A stretch of 64,000 nt of DNA from Rhizaria sp. SCN 62-66. Taxonomy: Eukaryota. This document shows positions 48,201 through 63,200 of this stretch, in pieces. Under the pieces are notes generated by a model. It saw nothing but the letters and a program-made list of their open reading frames with translations, was not told the DNA's origin and made no database searches. The stretch lies in assembly GCA_001724265.1 (NCBI GenBank), contig MEDY01000068.1, positions 1 through 64,000 of the forward strand, written 5' to 3'. Every line of letters begins with the position of its first letter. The stretch's first letter is position 1. Made by a program: the position numbers and the translations under genes.

Positions 48201-51200
48201 TGCGGGCGGCTGGACAGGGGGCGCAAGGGGGCCTGCTTCTGTAAAGTTACCGGAGAGCTCATTGATTGGACTCTTCCGTACTAGCTTGCGGCGCTTTCCA
48301 GCGGAGTCGCGCACAAACACCGATTGTGCTCCGAAGTTTTGCTTGATGCACAAGTTACGATCAATTGAGGCGTTGTTAGTCGGCTTGGCCTCCTGTGGAT
48401 GTGCTGTCAAAGCACCAGAAACCATGCACATGTTTTTATCATGATTAGTGGTGTCCAAGGCTCCTGTTTCAATCTCGGGCAAGTAGTGCGCGGATGCGGC
48501 AGCTTCGTGTTGGGCTTTAGCAACACGATCACGAGTGCGCATGTTGCTCTCAAACTCAGTCACAATCTCAACCATCAGTCGACGCTGCTCAACCATCTCA
48601 GAAAGTACGCGTTTCTTGTAGTTGCGCTTTGCGATGTAGTACAGCGGCATAAAGAAAAGCAGTGGCAAGATGATGCCCATGATCGGCAACACCATGATGC
48701 CAATACACGTGACCCAGAATGGGCTAATGACTGGATTGTCTCCCAGAAAGCAATCGACTGATACCATCGCGGTTCCAACGCCAGCAGCGGTGTCACTCCC
48801 TGTGAAAAATGCATCAAGGAAGCCGGGCCATCGGAGGTCGTATTTGCTGGCAATAGCCATGACTTGAAGACCAGAAAAAGCGATCTTGAACAAGAGGGGC
48901 ACTGCAGGCGCAGGAAGCTCATTCATCGACTCGCGACCGTCGACAATTTGTTTCCAGGCCAAGACGGCGCAGACAATAATCGCAGCAAGTGTGCCGGCAA
49001 TGATGATAAACCACGCGAGAGCGGGATCGTTACAGCGACCACATTTAAACACTGACGTTTTTCCGTAACCCGGCAGACAGATGCTGCACAGCGGGCCGGT
49101 ATGACCCTCAACGCAACCGTTTCTACCGGCGCAGGTTGAGTCTAAGCACGTCTGGAAAGACAACACTGCATGACGAGTGTAGTTTCGGTCAACCATAGGC
49201 GCACCTGCAAATGCCGTCTCGATCGCGAGTGCACTGTTCTGGGCGTTGAAGTCTCCCAGAGCAGCGTTGACTAGTTCCTGTGCAGGGGGTTCCAAGGAAC
49301 TAGTCGGAGGAAGAACATCCACCATAACGTACAACGTAAGCCGCCCACTTGGGGCTGGCACAGCGGCCTGTGGGCTTACAGCTACAGCTGACACATTGGC
49401 GGGAAACGCATCAAGAACGGATTCAAATACAAAGCGGCTGCGTGGTCGCGCACCAGTGTCGAAGAGGGCCTTGATAACAAGGCGTTGCGCACTGCGGCTG
49501 GCGTCAGAGAGAGAGACGTTATTAGCGACGTTGACGGGAAAATATGCACGGACGACACTTGGCGGGTTGCGGTGCGTGACCGACGGGGCATAGGACTTCA
49601 TTGATAGAATGTTATAGACTGAAGTGCCTGGAAGTGAACAGTCTCCGCCAGGCATGCAGGGCTGGCAAACGCCGTCAATGTTCTTATATGAGCCCGGCTT
49701 GCAGTGACAGAATGAATAATCGTTGGTATGTTCGGCGCCTAATGGGCAAGCTTCGCATTCGAAGCTCCCTTCGTGTTCGGCAAACGTACCAGGAGCGCAT
49801 TGAAAGCAACTCTCCGCGCGTTCCCTCGAAAACGTACCTCGCGGACAGAGAGAGCAGCTGGTTTGACCGAGCCCCGAATAGGTGCCGATAGGGCAGATGG
49901 AACAGGACATTGCTCCATAACGATCAGAGTATGAGCCCGGCTGGCATTCTCGACAACGCGTTTGAGACCAGATGTCATTGAAGTAGCCAGGGGCGCATGG
50001 AATACATTCAATATTGCTGCTGTGTTGTCCAGGTGGGCACTGAGCATACGACAACAAGACCTTATCTTGAGACAACTCACCATACCGCTGCAGTACCGTG
50101 ACAACATGATCAACAGAGGCATCAGCAGGCGCAGTGCACATAATTTCTTGGTGAGGATTGGCTGCTAGGTGTACTAGATCCCTGCAGGGCAGGCCACCAA
50201 TAGTGACGGTGCTTCCAAATGCGCCAAAGTTGTGACCCCGCAAGAGAATCCTGTCACCACCGTGACGATTGCAGCCGTAAATGCTCAGAGCTGTGCTGCG
50301 CTGACAGCCGCGAATCTCACTGATGGCGGGAATCGCGTAATTTATGCGACCGCGAGACTCAAAGCGCTGCGAGCCGGCTATGACAGTGAGTGATAGCTGG
50401 GAGCCGCAACCAACGGGAAGCCTACACGTAAACTGCGTGTTGCTCTCGCGAACAAGCGTCAGACACTGAAATCCACCGACCATGGCTTGCAGTGGCTCTA
50501 AAAAGCCTGTCCCTGTAACAGTAAGCCGCACGGTTCCACTGTCAGTTGGACAGCCGGAGGTAACGCCGTTGACAATGTCGTCACTTGGGCAGCCAAATAC
50601 AGAGGAGATAGAGGGTAATTGTGGGTACGAGTACGTGTCCGTAGAATAAGCAGCGCGATAAGCAATAATTAGTTTAAACTTGAGATTGATCACGTTCACA
50701 GCGTCTTTGGTGCGGCAGACAATTGTACGCTGGTCCGGGCTGCGAATAAAAGAGAGTTCCTGATTGAAGATACACTCATAAGGATAGTCATCATGTGTGT
50801 TACCAGCACCGTACATCATCCGGACTAGGCCAGCTCGCTCGAGGAACAAGTTTTCAACGTCAAACCCAACGTCTTCACCAAGGCTTGTCAGACTCACATA
50901 GTCACTCGTGCGCTGACCAGCCCCTATAAGTGTTACAGCGTGCAACGAGGATGGAATAAAATAATGTAATGGGTACGAAATACGAACGCCACTGTTGGCC
51001 CAGCGTGCATCCAGCCCTGCACCGGTAGACGTGCCGTCCCAGGCCCAGTTCCAACGCGAGCAGTCAACATCTGACTCATTATTTTGAACCGCATTAGGCT
51101 GGACACAATACTGCATGCGCACATACAGATCGGCGCCCTGACCTGCGCTTAGAGTGCACTGAACCCGGAAGTACTCTAGTGACTGCTGAATAAGCACAGG

Positions 51201-54200
51201 AGTTACGAGAACGTCCGTGCAGTTGTAAGTCGCGATGTTTGGATTGGGGTAGAGTGTCATATTTGTGTTTAGGTACTGTACGTGGGTAACAAACGGCGCA
51301 GCGACATTAATACCTGCATTGAGAGTGAACACAACAGTCTGGTTCCCGCGCGCGTTGTTAGGAGTAACCTCGCGTGTCTCAGCGTTGTAGCTCACACTGC
51401 CGTCGGGCGACGCCACCGACTCAGGGAGGATGTCAAGAGTCATATGTGGCGTGCAGACGTAGGAGCCAAACGTATTGATGCAGCGTGAGTACGGTCCATA
51501 GAGCGCAGCGCAGTCTGCAAAGTACTTGCCGTTGAACAGCCCAGGATCGCATTCGTCGATGTCGACGCAGGTTGGTGGAGCTGGGAGCCACACTGCCGCA
51601 GCCGAGCACGTGCGCAAAAAGCGGTCCTGTCCCGTCGAGGGCGTGAAGCCAGGCTTGCAGCGGTAGATCGCAGTCGACTGGTAGCGTGTGGGACCAGCAA
51701 CAACAAGTTCGTCGTACTCAAACTCAATAGGCTCGCTGTACGCGACAGTGCTGTCTTTGTCCGGACGCCCACAGTCAATAGCACCACACACAGGCGCAAT
51801 AGCAGGGATCCACCCCTCTGAGAGTGTTCCACAACGGCGCTTCGATGAGGTAAGGGCGTCAGTGACCGGGTCGCGCGGCTCGTAACCCGACTTACACACA
51901 TATGTTGCCGTGGTGCCGTATGAACGCGCAATAAGACCGCCATTACTCGTGCTTAATGCGTCATCAAAAACAATACTTGCTCCGTTCCTGGGAGGCTCCA
52001 ACGGGATGCACTGATTGACATCGCAGACTGGCAGCGAGAACGGAAACCAACCTCGCGGTGTGCACTCACGACGTGCTCCCAACACAAAGGAATTTTGCTG
52101 AGCAAACTGTACAACGTAACCAGTGCCATCTGTAAGTGTGTATCCGTCGTAATGTAAGTTATAACCAACATTGCAGCGGTATTCGACGGTCGATGTGTTC
52201 AGATACATACCCAGACGGCCGTATGTACCGCTGTTGGCGACGCTGACTTGAGCAAAAGCGATGTTTTCTGGGACGCCACAGCTAAAAGGAAAGCATGTGC
52301 GTGGTGGACTCGACCACTCACCAGTTGCTGTGCAGGTGATATGAGGATCTGAATGACTCATAATAGCACCATACTGGCAACTGAATGAAGCGGTGACGCC
52401 GTACATGTTCACCAGATTCTGCGGCGCTTGAGTGACCGAGCCGAGATCAACGGGGGTGAGCGTGGGGCATGGCTGCGGGACACAACGTGGGGCGTCAACT
52501 GGTTGCCATCCGTCCGACAAGATGCACGTGCGCGTTGTAAATGTTGTGTCTTTGTCCCAGATGTATCCGTCAGCGCAAGTATACTGAGCAATTGTGTCAA
52601 CCAAGAAAGTATTCGTGACGGGGTTGTGTGGAACAACACTTCCATACCGTGTGAACACAATATTTTTCATCATAGTCGGTTCGTTGTAGAGGCTCACACA
52701 GGTGTTGGAGCGGCAAGTCGGTGCTGTGCCTGACCAGGTGCGATTGGCTTGGCATACACGCACCTCGTCACCTTCAGTCCGGATGTGACGCGCAAGACAT
52801 TCGTGCGTGGCAACAGATTGAAACTTACGCGTACCATATGGCAATGCAGAGTAGGTAATATTGCCAACGTTGTTCGCGGTCACCAAAACAGGACATTCAA
52901 TCGGCACGCATGAAGGTGCAGTCGTAGCGCTCCAACCACCAGCAGTACAAAAGATATCTGGACTGCCTGAAAGGTCGAAACCGTCAACGCAGCCGTATAA
53001 GTAACGCGAACCGAATGATGTTGAGTTTCCTTCAGGCGCAAGCTCGATTTGCACTGGCTCAGTGCCAAACGTTGGGTAGCGCTCAGGCACTGGCCCGCAG
53101 TTAAATATCTCGCAAGTTGGCGGCAGTGCAGACCAACCTGTAGCGAGACATGTCATCCGCTGAGTGCAAGTTGTGACCGGCGGAGTTGTCAAGGTGTTGA
53201 CAATGCAAGTCTTATTTGTGTTGTCTGTGACGAGAAGCTCATAGCCGGCATCGCAGCTCACGTAAGCATCTGATTTGTAATGCGTAATACCAAATCCATT
53301 GTCATGGTACGTTGCACGACCGTGAACAGTCGTTGCAAAAGGAAAGCAGTCAATCAGTGTGATGCTTATAGGATCAGAAGTGAACGACATAAAGGCAATG
53401 CCTGCGATACTATGAACTACGATACGAGGCACTGCAGCCCCTGCAGCAAGCCCATCATGATACGAGTGCGTAAATGTCATACACTTAAACCAAAAGTCAA
53501 ATCTAAGTGCGTACACCACAGTGAGCTCAAGGATGTCGTTTGAAAGACTAACCCACGTGCTAGGATCAGGCTCGCCGCCAGTAATGGTGTTTAACCGAGC
53601 TCCAAAGCAGTTTGCATACTTTGAGTCAACCGTAATCGCCACTTGAATTGAGCGACCAACAGCGTTGACGGCGTTCTGAGGTAGGAAAGATACGGTGATT
53701 AATTGAGGTTCCTGAGCATGAATAGCGCCTGGCAACGTGGGGATGTCAAAACGGTTTTCAACGGCAAACGGCGCAGTTGTAAACTGACCAAAAAAGACAG
53801 CAGCATTGTTGACAATTGTGAGCTGAACGGACGGATTCGCGCTGCTGCAGTACAAAGAAAACATAAACTCAGCGGCACCAGCGGCGACGCTGAAACTAAG
53901 ACTGGCTTTGAATTGCGAAATAATCGTAATGCTGCTGAGCGCTACCTTGCAACTGGCCAAAGATGGTGTGATAACGAACGCTGAGCTCGCCGTTGGCGCA
54001 GGCATAAGCCGTACACGCACACTATGAATACGCTCTACTGCAACACGGTCTAGAGTTGTGGGCGCAGACAACGGCGGGAACGTGACTGTGCGCTCTAGCA
54101 AAGCGTCTTCAATCCAAATCGCTCCACGAACGCTGAATGGTGCACTGCGAAAAGTGTCGTACAGATCATCCTTGGCGTTTGTGATCACAATAACGGCCGG

Positions 54201-57200
54201 ATTAAGTTTGGTCTCGACCGAGCAACTGATGACAAGATCAACAGCGAGCATAGCGGCATCGAAAGTGAACTCAAACGCACCATAAGACAAATTCTGGTAA
54301 GCAACCGCGTTGGAAAAAAGACGGAAAGCGCACTTGGGCTGTGGACCAGTAACGGAGTTGGCAAGGACACTCACAACAAACGTTGTGACATCAACAGCTT
54401 TTGGCTCAAGAGCCATCGTAAAAACCCAGTCACGATTTGCAACAATCTCGCCAGTAAACGCGACCGCGGGGTTGATTTGCTGTGTAGAAAAGAGTACGGA
54501 GCCGCGCACGTGCAGGGGCACGGACAACACGGGAAGGTGTAGGTCCCCTTCAACTACCTCGGCGAGGAGCGTCACCGGTAATACTGTGGTATGCGTACAC
54601 GACACGTAGACAGTTTGAGCAGCATCACCGAGGACAAAAGTCACACTCGTTGTGGAAGTGAAAGAGGGAACGCCAGAGGGGGAGTAGACCGTAAAGCCAC
54701 ACTCTCCCTCCGTGCTTGCAAACCTGATCCGCGCGATGGTCATTGTCCGAACTGTGGGGATCATGCGCAGGCGCACACCGGTGATGTTGGTATTTGGCGC
54801 GCGGAGATAGTACGGGCTCGAGAGCGCCGCGGCACCAGACTGCAGGGCGACAAGCTCCAGTGTGCTCCTAGAAACAAGATCTGTGATCTCACGATCGACA
54901 CCGACGATGTTCGTGGGCATCACAAAGTCAAACCCCATCAGACCAAAAACGGGCACGGGACCGATCGATGAGCCTGAATACGCATTACTATTAATGAAAA
55001 CGTGGGAGCCAACGTTATGAGTACGACGGCACACCATATTGGCAGTGAAATTCTCACTAGTGCCCTTTTGCACAAATATCGGCTTGCTTATATAACGCCC
55101 TGTGCCGCGCAGTTGAAACACACAGTCTGACGGTGATGTCAATTGGGTAATTTCAACTGTTTGCATCGCCTTTGGCGGAGGCAAAAATTGCGCGACAACT
55201 TTATAGACCTGGCCAGCAATCAATTTGGAGTATGATTCAATTGACGTGCCATCAATCGTGAATACTAAATTGCCCTTGGTCTGCAAAGCTGAAGAGCTGA
55301 ATTCTTGGTAGTAAACTGATGAATTTGCTGCAAATTTGGCGATAATCTGCGGTGGGATTGACGCAGGGAAGTTGCACTTGATATTGAGATTATACATGCC
55401 AGTGTTTGCAGCAAGCGCGACATAACTCGTAGTTGCGTTGTCGTTCACAAAAATACACTCCGCCGTTGGGTTACTAAACGACAGCTGTAAAACAGCAGCA
55501 GCAGGCAATGGCGGCGAAAAGGCGAAGTGGACTGGCGTAACACTTTTGAGGGGGAACTCAACGGTCAATGCAGGCTTCGAGAGATCAAGCGTGTCATTAG
55601 TCATTGTCGCCGTCAGCGTGGTGCGGCCCGTAAAGCGCAGCCGCTGCACGTGCCATGTTTCGCCAACAGTCCCGTCAACTGTCACTTGAGTCTGAAGGAC
55701 TTCAGATGGTCGCATCGCAGAGCACGTAAAGAGAAAGTCGAGAGAACCAGAAGCATCGTCCGTAACAAGAACTTCAACGACAATGCTTGTCATTGTTATA
55801 TCTCCATTGAAGAAGCAGGGACCAATGTCAACATAATCAAGGGTCACGAATGCACTGACACTGCGAACTGTTGGTAAAGTCCACTCAAGTCTTAGGGCGA
55901 CAGGAAGATTGTCGAAGAAATACTCATGCGATACGGGCTCACTAAAAGCATTGCCCGTAAGCGCAATGGGGCCGCGAGTTGGGTCGTACACTTGCGCCCT
56001 GGGCTCGAGTGTGACGTGAAACGTGTCCGGGTGCGTCAACAAGCGGGGCGGATACAAATATGACTCCGCATAGCGCGTCATTGTAATTGCCACAGATCCT
56101 GCTAAAGCTGCCGCCGAGGTGCACATAAACAACACTGCGTGGCGCCTTTGCTCTGCAGATGAAAGACTGAAACGGTAAATGAGAGACTCAGAAAGTAATC
56201 CAAGTGCAAGTGCATTCGCGAAGTCTGTCTCCGAGCGGATTGCGTCGACTGCAACAAGATCCTCTGCAAAACCAAAGGCGCAAACGGAACCAGCGCTGTG
56301 CCGGAAAATGTTCGAGGTGAAGCGCTCAATATGGGCGGAAACAAAGACCTCGACGTACAAGGGCGTAAGTACGTGGATTATGCTGTAACTCGACGCAAGC
56401 GGTGAGTACGCGCGAATAAGACGCAGGGATGACGTAAGCCACGCGACAACAGGACTGTTGATAATGTTGTAGGATCCGTCATTTGCGGGGTAAGACAGTG
56501 CTAAGACTACATTCTCAGTCGGAGCAATAGCTTCGGTGCAGTCCATGGTAATATTTACGGACGTGAGAAGCGACACGCTGACGCTGCGCACACGAGAATA
56601 CGCCCCAAAGGAGAGCGTGCATGGAACGCGAAGCGGAAGTGAGTTGCGCAAAAGCTCTGCAATAACTGGGCGCGCAGACGCGAACTTTGGTTGCGCATTA
56701 AGTGTAACTATGCGCGCTTGCGGAGTGCCAGTTACTTCAAACTCAAACGGGATCGGCATTAATGAGACAGAAAAGATATTGCCTGTGATTAAACGCGCAG
56801 GCAGTTGAGTAGCTACAAAGCCTTGGTCAGCTAGCATCGCAAGCTTGGCGACTAAGCCTGTGCCCACAGGGGTGGTGCAGGACATACGAGCAATGAGGAG
56901 CGAGTTACCTTGGATGAGAGCTGCATCTGCCGGCATCGAAATGGGAACTGAAATCGTTACAAGCGCGGCACCGGTGTGGTTAACAGCACGAACGTACGTG
57001 CAACCAGCAAGTGTGTGGGAGACTGATAGCGTGGCAATCGATGACTCCAACAAAGGCACGTCAAAGAGCAGCCTGATATCAATATCGGTGCCGGCTGCGT
57101 AGGCAATTGGTGCTGAGTCTATAGTTGATCCGATAGTCACAGTTGCGACGAGCTTGAAGGTTGGTCGGACATGGAGCGCGACGTCAAGCAGGAACGAACG

Positions 57201-60200
57201 ATCAGAGGCGTGACCTAGGGCCAGCGAACCCACCCACGGCGTGAGCTCAATGCGGATTGGATTCGTCACAATTGTCGCCTGCGTGCAAAAGATAGCAATC
57301 GATTCAGACAGCCCATTATTCGTTACCATTGACGCAATAACTTCGAACCCATTGTTAATTGTGCAGGGAGCAGCAAAACCATTTTCCAGACGAATTTGCA
57401 CGCGGTAACTCTGCGTCTTTGCGAGTGCAGACTCATCTAAAAGAGCAAGTGGCTCTGTCGAGAAGGCCGGCCAGTAGACCACAGGCACGCGCGTGCTTGC
57501 AGTGGCGAGTTGCAGTTTCCATGGGAATGGGTTTGTCGTGAACGGCTGTGGTGCTGACCGTACCATCTCGGTGTACGTTGCGGCGGGCAGTGCAGGGCCT
57601 GACCAGGTCGGCGTGACGGCTCCCGTTGAAGACCAGGTCTTTGCAGTGGGGTTAATGGGGGTGATACTGTGAGAGCACGCAATGGTGGGCTGAAGCTCAT
57701 TGCTTGCCTCAATAGACGGATTAGTTGCATTGATCACCGTGACTTGCCATACGCCGGCGACCGAGGTGACCCCGCTCGTGATGATGAACTTGAGCGTGTT
57801 TAGTGAATTAGTTATGTTTGCGACAACGCCAGTTGTTGAAGCAGGAACTGACACTACCTTGACTGATGCAACTGAGGTAAAGGACGATGACTGCGGACCC
57901 CAAATAGTACACATAACGCTCGAGGCAGGCCTCGGAAATGACTGGAGAGAAAAACTCAGCGTCCACGTCGCCAAAGCACCCCGCTTCACATTGTCAATCG
58001 CCACTGTTGCGGGCGTCTCATCAACAGAACGCAAAAACTGCATCACCGGTGTCTCACTCGGTTTAAGTGCACCAATTACAGCTAAATATGCGCCGTGTTG
58101 CGTGTAAGACATGCTAATGATACGAGCAAAGTCGGTCGCACGCGAATAAGAGCGGACAGCATTACTATCACTCGCGTTACTTAAATCCACAGCGTCAGCT
58201 GCGCGGTAGTCTCGCGTGGGGTTCACTGCAACGTGCACCATCGAACCCACAGTCTGATCACTGCGCAGATACAGACGCGTGAAGTCAGTGTTAGTTAAAA
58301 CGCGGACTTGCAAAAGCGTACCGGTGTCGGCACAAGCAACCGTAATCATGGTGCCCGAGGGATGAACGGCAAGTGCGGAGACAGGACAGACCGTGCGCAA
58401 CGAGCGGACGGGGTTCATGGTGTATGTCACGGCGCCTGCAGTAACAGAAAAGCGCAGAGTGACAATGTCGCCCTGGTCCGTGCCAATGTAAATCGTGCCT
58501 GAGGAAGCGTCTATGACAGCTGCAGTGGGCGTGACGGGAACGTCGTCAGAGGCTTTCAGTGTCTCAGTCGCGGAGCCAAGCCCCGAGCATGTGAGCCCGA
58601 AGTCGTCGACAGTAGGATCGTCCGTGGCGCGGTTCGGCACAGCGAGCTTTTCGCGAATCGAGGCGGCACAGATGCGGACATCACCAGAAGCATAGATGAA
58701 CACAACGCGCGTGGTCGGGTCTGTCTTGATCGTGAGATCAGTCGGCGCAGTCCAATCAAGCACGGCCACAACCTTGTCGCCAACAACAGAGCTGGCAAAG
58801 CGAATGGGCGTCTGCATCCGGTTTAGCATATCGCGGGTGAGCACATTGGCGGCCCCAGACGCGCGCAGTGTACGCGGGTTGAGTCGCGCCAACATCACAA
58901 CCTCCTTGTTGTCGTTGTACACAATGACGAGAGCGCCAGTAATCTCAGCTGAAGACACAATGTACATATGTGCCGCGCCACCACCAATACGAAGCTCAAA
59001 GAGGTCAGGGTCGAACGGCAAGTCGAGGTACCATTTCATACCGTCCACAGGCAGCGGCTTTGAGGCGGAGGATGTGAAAAAGCGCATTACCCCAACACGC
59101 GTGCCAGTCGGCGTTTCGGGAACTAGGCTCACAAGAGTCCCCTGAGCTCCATATGCCGCAGCCTGGGTACTGACTGGCGCGACGCGTGTGTTGTCCTGCG
59201 TAGTCCAGTCGCCGGTGATTGTGGTTGACTTGTAGTCGTACTGATAACAACCACGGTGGTAGCTGGAGAAGGCATAACAGAACGCGTACGGTGAGTGTGA
59301 ATTCCAACTCACGTCAACGCCGGATTGGGGTAGGTGCCGTAGTGGTGCACGGTGCGAAAAACCAAATTGACCGGTGGGACGTGCGGCAGGCCTCTTATAT
59401 GCGTATAATGCTGCATTGATACTCGCGACCGCAGAGCGAGTCGCTGAAAGAGAGTTTGCAGCCACTGCAAGATCAACACTACCAGCTGTGAGCAATGCGC
59501 CAACTAAGTCAATCCGCAATACGACAGAGCTCGTGTACGTTGTTGGCGTTAGCGCTGCACAAGTGATTGCCGTTGCCGGTGTACTCACTGTGCACGTGGC
59601 AGCGTAGGACAGTGCAGAGTTTTGCGCGTAGACGGTCGCCGTTTGAGACACCATCTGAAAGTACGGCTGCGTAAATGTCCACGTTGAGGCGCCATGTACA
59701 GAGTCAGGCGAGGCAAAAAAAACTCGCATTGTGCCGGCCTCACCCATTACTGGGTTGCTGAACTCGAGAGCAATAATAGTAGGTGTGTCGCCGCCAAACC
59801 AACTCGTCTCAGGGAACGATGTGTCACCAATAGAAAGCAAAGAGCTTTCACCGGGCACACGCGCAGCGAGACGAAACGGATTATTGACTAGAATAGTGTT
59901 GTTGGCGGTTAGACTTCCAAAGACACCATAAGCAAGGTCACGCGTGTACGGCGAGATAGTATCATACAAGGCATTGGTTAACAGAAAGGTGACGGGTATT
60001 ATTTCAGTCGTCCTGGAAGCAACGCTTGGTGCCGTCGATGAAGTAACATAGGAGCCGACAGCTGCACCGGGCGTCGTCATCGCAACTGTCTCAGAGCCCA
60101 TTAGGAACTCACTTATCTCAGCACTGCGGGTGTAGCTCAGGGTGATGTCAGTAGATGACCGCGCAATCACTGCAGGGCTGAGCAGTGGCATAGCGCGAAG

Positions 60201-63200
60201 CGTGCGCCACAGGATTGGGGCGCCAACAGTCAGGAGAAATGTCTCACGATCAGGAGACACCATAATGCTTGGGACGCTGCTGTGGGTAGCAGCAGTCGAC
60301 GCTGAGGGCAGTGTGAAGTCAATCTTGGTGTGGACGCCACTGCTCTCATAGAGCGGTGCGTCACTAATGCGCGATAGCACGGTGATATAGCCAGACGTTG
60401 TCAACATTTTACTTGCAGCGCTTGCGCGGAACAGCACAATCTGGTTCTCAAAAGAAGTCAACTTCATGTCGACAATTGGCTCACCAGGAACAACTGCTAC
60501 ACGTGTGACTGTGTTACTAGCATCATTGACCATAAAGATGTGGCTAAGCAATGGCTGTTCTGTCGTATCAAGCCTTGTGGCAATAATAACACATTCTTTT
60601 GGGTCAGTGCCAGTGTGTGTGCCAGAGCACATATCAACTGCAGTAATAACAACCCCTGGGCGGGCATCATTGTAGACCGTCGAGTCTGTAAGTGTGGTCG
60701 TCAGCTGGCCACGCTTCAGCAGCTTGCACAGGCTGCCAGACGAGTATGCGCCTGGAAGACCAATGCGCACGCAGGCAACAAAGCCGAGGGCTGCTTGTGA
60801 GCTTGTGAGCGCAGTAATCACACTGATCTCATTAAACACTACTTGCATGCGTAAGAAAACCAACGTGTTGTCGGCAGCTAACGTGTATGTAACCAGTGAA
60901 GGTCCAATAGGAACAAGGACGAGAGCAAACGCAGTGTTGCGCAAATGCCAGCCATTAATTACGGGCCCAAACACACTTAGCTCAGTTGCGGCCAGCCCAG
61001 TATAATCCGGTGCGGTTGGGAGTGGAATCACGACGTTATCCGTAATGTGGCTAACTGTGAAGCTTGCGCCAACAACAACAAGCCGTGTGTTGTCAACATT
61101 GACAAAAACAGTACGCTCGTCGGGCGCCACAGTCATCGCGTAACGCGTGCCCTTGGGCAGTTCCACCACCTTGGTCCATGTTGCGCCTCGCAACTGGTAG
61201 GACGTAAACGGCGAAGATGCATAAACGAGCCTGGCGAGAGTCGTGCGGGTCATGTAGAGAATGTTGCCGGTGACGACATAAACAACAGTCATGCTAGGAG
61301 ACTGTGCTGTGGCAGCGATCTTTGTAAGAGAGGTAAACATAGTTGTTGATGGTGCACCCATGTACAGAGTGCGAGGTAAAATGCGATTGCGCGGCGGGGG
61401 CGGCGCGTATGTGATAAGGAACTCACCAGAGACAGCAGTCAATGACGCGTCCATGAACCACGCTGCAAACATTGCTGGCGACGGAATGGTCTCAGCATAG
61501 CCCGCGGTTGAGATATCGAACAAGAGACCGTTGATCAGCAGTGTTAACACGCTTCCAGCCTGTTCGAGCCCATGGGTAACAGCGACGCACGCACACTGAG
61601 TCGGGAACACGGCGTCGAGCAGCTCTGGAGTTAGCAGCGGTGTCGCAAGGACAGAAGGACCGTTAAACTCGACCAGCGCATCTGTGAGCTTGACAGCGGA
61701 GCAGGCCATGGGTGCGAGCGTTGCTGTCTCCCATTGGTCCAGCGCGGAGACGCCGACAGTGTGGAAGCCCACGGTCGTCGCGAGAGATATCGTTGTTCCG
61801 GCGGGTAGCGAGAAACAGACGGATTCCTCACCAACAGAGGGCGCGGTGTTGACCTTAAACGACACTGCCATAGCAAAGCTCTCGCCGAGGCCAATGTAGC
61901 CATCGTCTTGGGCAGTTGAGTTGGTAGCTATATAGACAGGTGCAATTGTGTTAAACTTGCGATCAGTCGCCAAATGCCGGTACGGCCCTGTCGACGACAC
62001 AGACAGGTTGGCGGTAGGCACAAAGGACATGCGCGGCCCAGGGCGAGGCCTTGTGGGAAGCAATGCCAGAGGTGCCAAAGTCGCAGTACCACTGAAGAGA
62101 AAGCGGTTGAACTCTGTCAACGCAGGCGTAATAGCACGTAGCGTTATCACTGCACCCGTCTGTGCGGCGAGCGCATCGCGGTAGCGCGAGTCCTGCTTGT
62201 AATAAATGTTTGTCGCTGTAACGATGCAGAGGCTGTTCACCGCCACTGCCGTGTTGCTAAACTTGAGCACAAACTTGAATCCAAGTGCCTTTTGCATAGC
62301 TCCATATGTTGCGTTCGTAAAGCCAAAAGGGAGCACATCAAACACAGGTGCTGTTTGAGTTACTACGGTCGCAGTGCCGCACTTCAGCGAGATCGTTGAC
62401 GTAGATGAGAAATAAAGACGTGACTGCTCGTGCGCAACGCCTGTTAGTACAGTCATATTGGGGAAGATAGTGGAGAGCTCAGCGAACACAGTGCCCGTCT
62501 TTGGGAGATATACTGCCGCTGTGGTGATAAACGTGGCCTTCATTGTAAACGCACGCCCGTATAACCCACCATGTGCAATAGGAGACAGCGAAAGAGTGAC
62601 CGGCATCGGAACGGTAAAGTCAGTGCGCAGTGCCACAGCTACAATGCTCTTGGCAATTGCAGTCGTGGCCGCCGCAGTCCGGTTGTAGCAGATAGTCATG
62701 GTGACAGTTGGCGGGTTGCTGAGCTTTGTTGTGTCGACGGAAACGTTGCGGCGAACCAGAACAAGGGACTTTTCAGCGGGCCAGCCCTTGTCAAATTGAA
62801 TAAAAATCTCGCCAGTTGCAGTGACAACGCCGCTGGTGCCGATCTCTGTACTGGCGTAGGGCAACATTGTGCCGGGTGATGCGACGATAAGACCCAACGA
62901 ATCCAGAAGATTAGCCCACGAAACTGTCATTACAAGGAAATAGTTGGGCGGGATCGGCATTGCGGGCGTGACTACAAAGCCCATGTCGAGAGGGGTGGCG
63001 GCGAGAGGACCAGGAGAGTCGCCAGCCTGTGGTGCCAGCGGGGAGACGCTCGGTAAGCCCCAGTTTGGCGAGACATACAGAACCTGCAGAAGAGCCGCTG
63101 CAACGGTGCCCACTCCGCTATCAATCGTCGGAAGCGATGCGGTTGCAGTATAAGCAGGTGATGGATGACCGAAGTACACGTTAGACTTGATTGAGTACGT

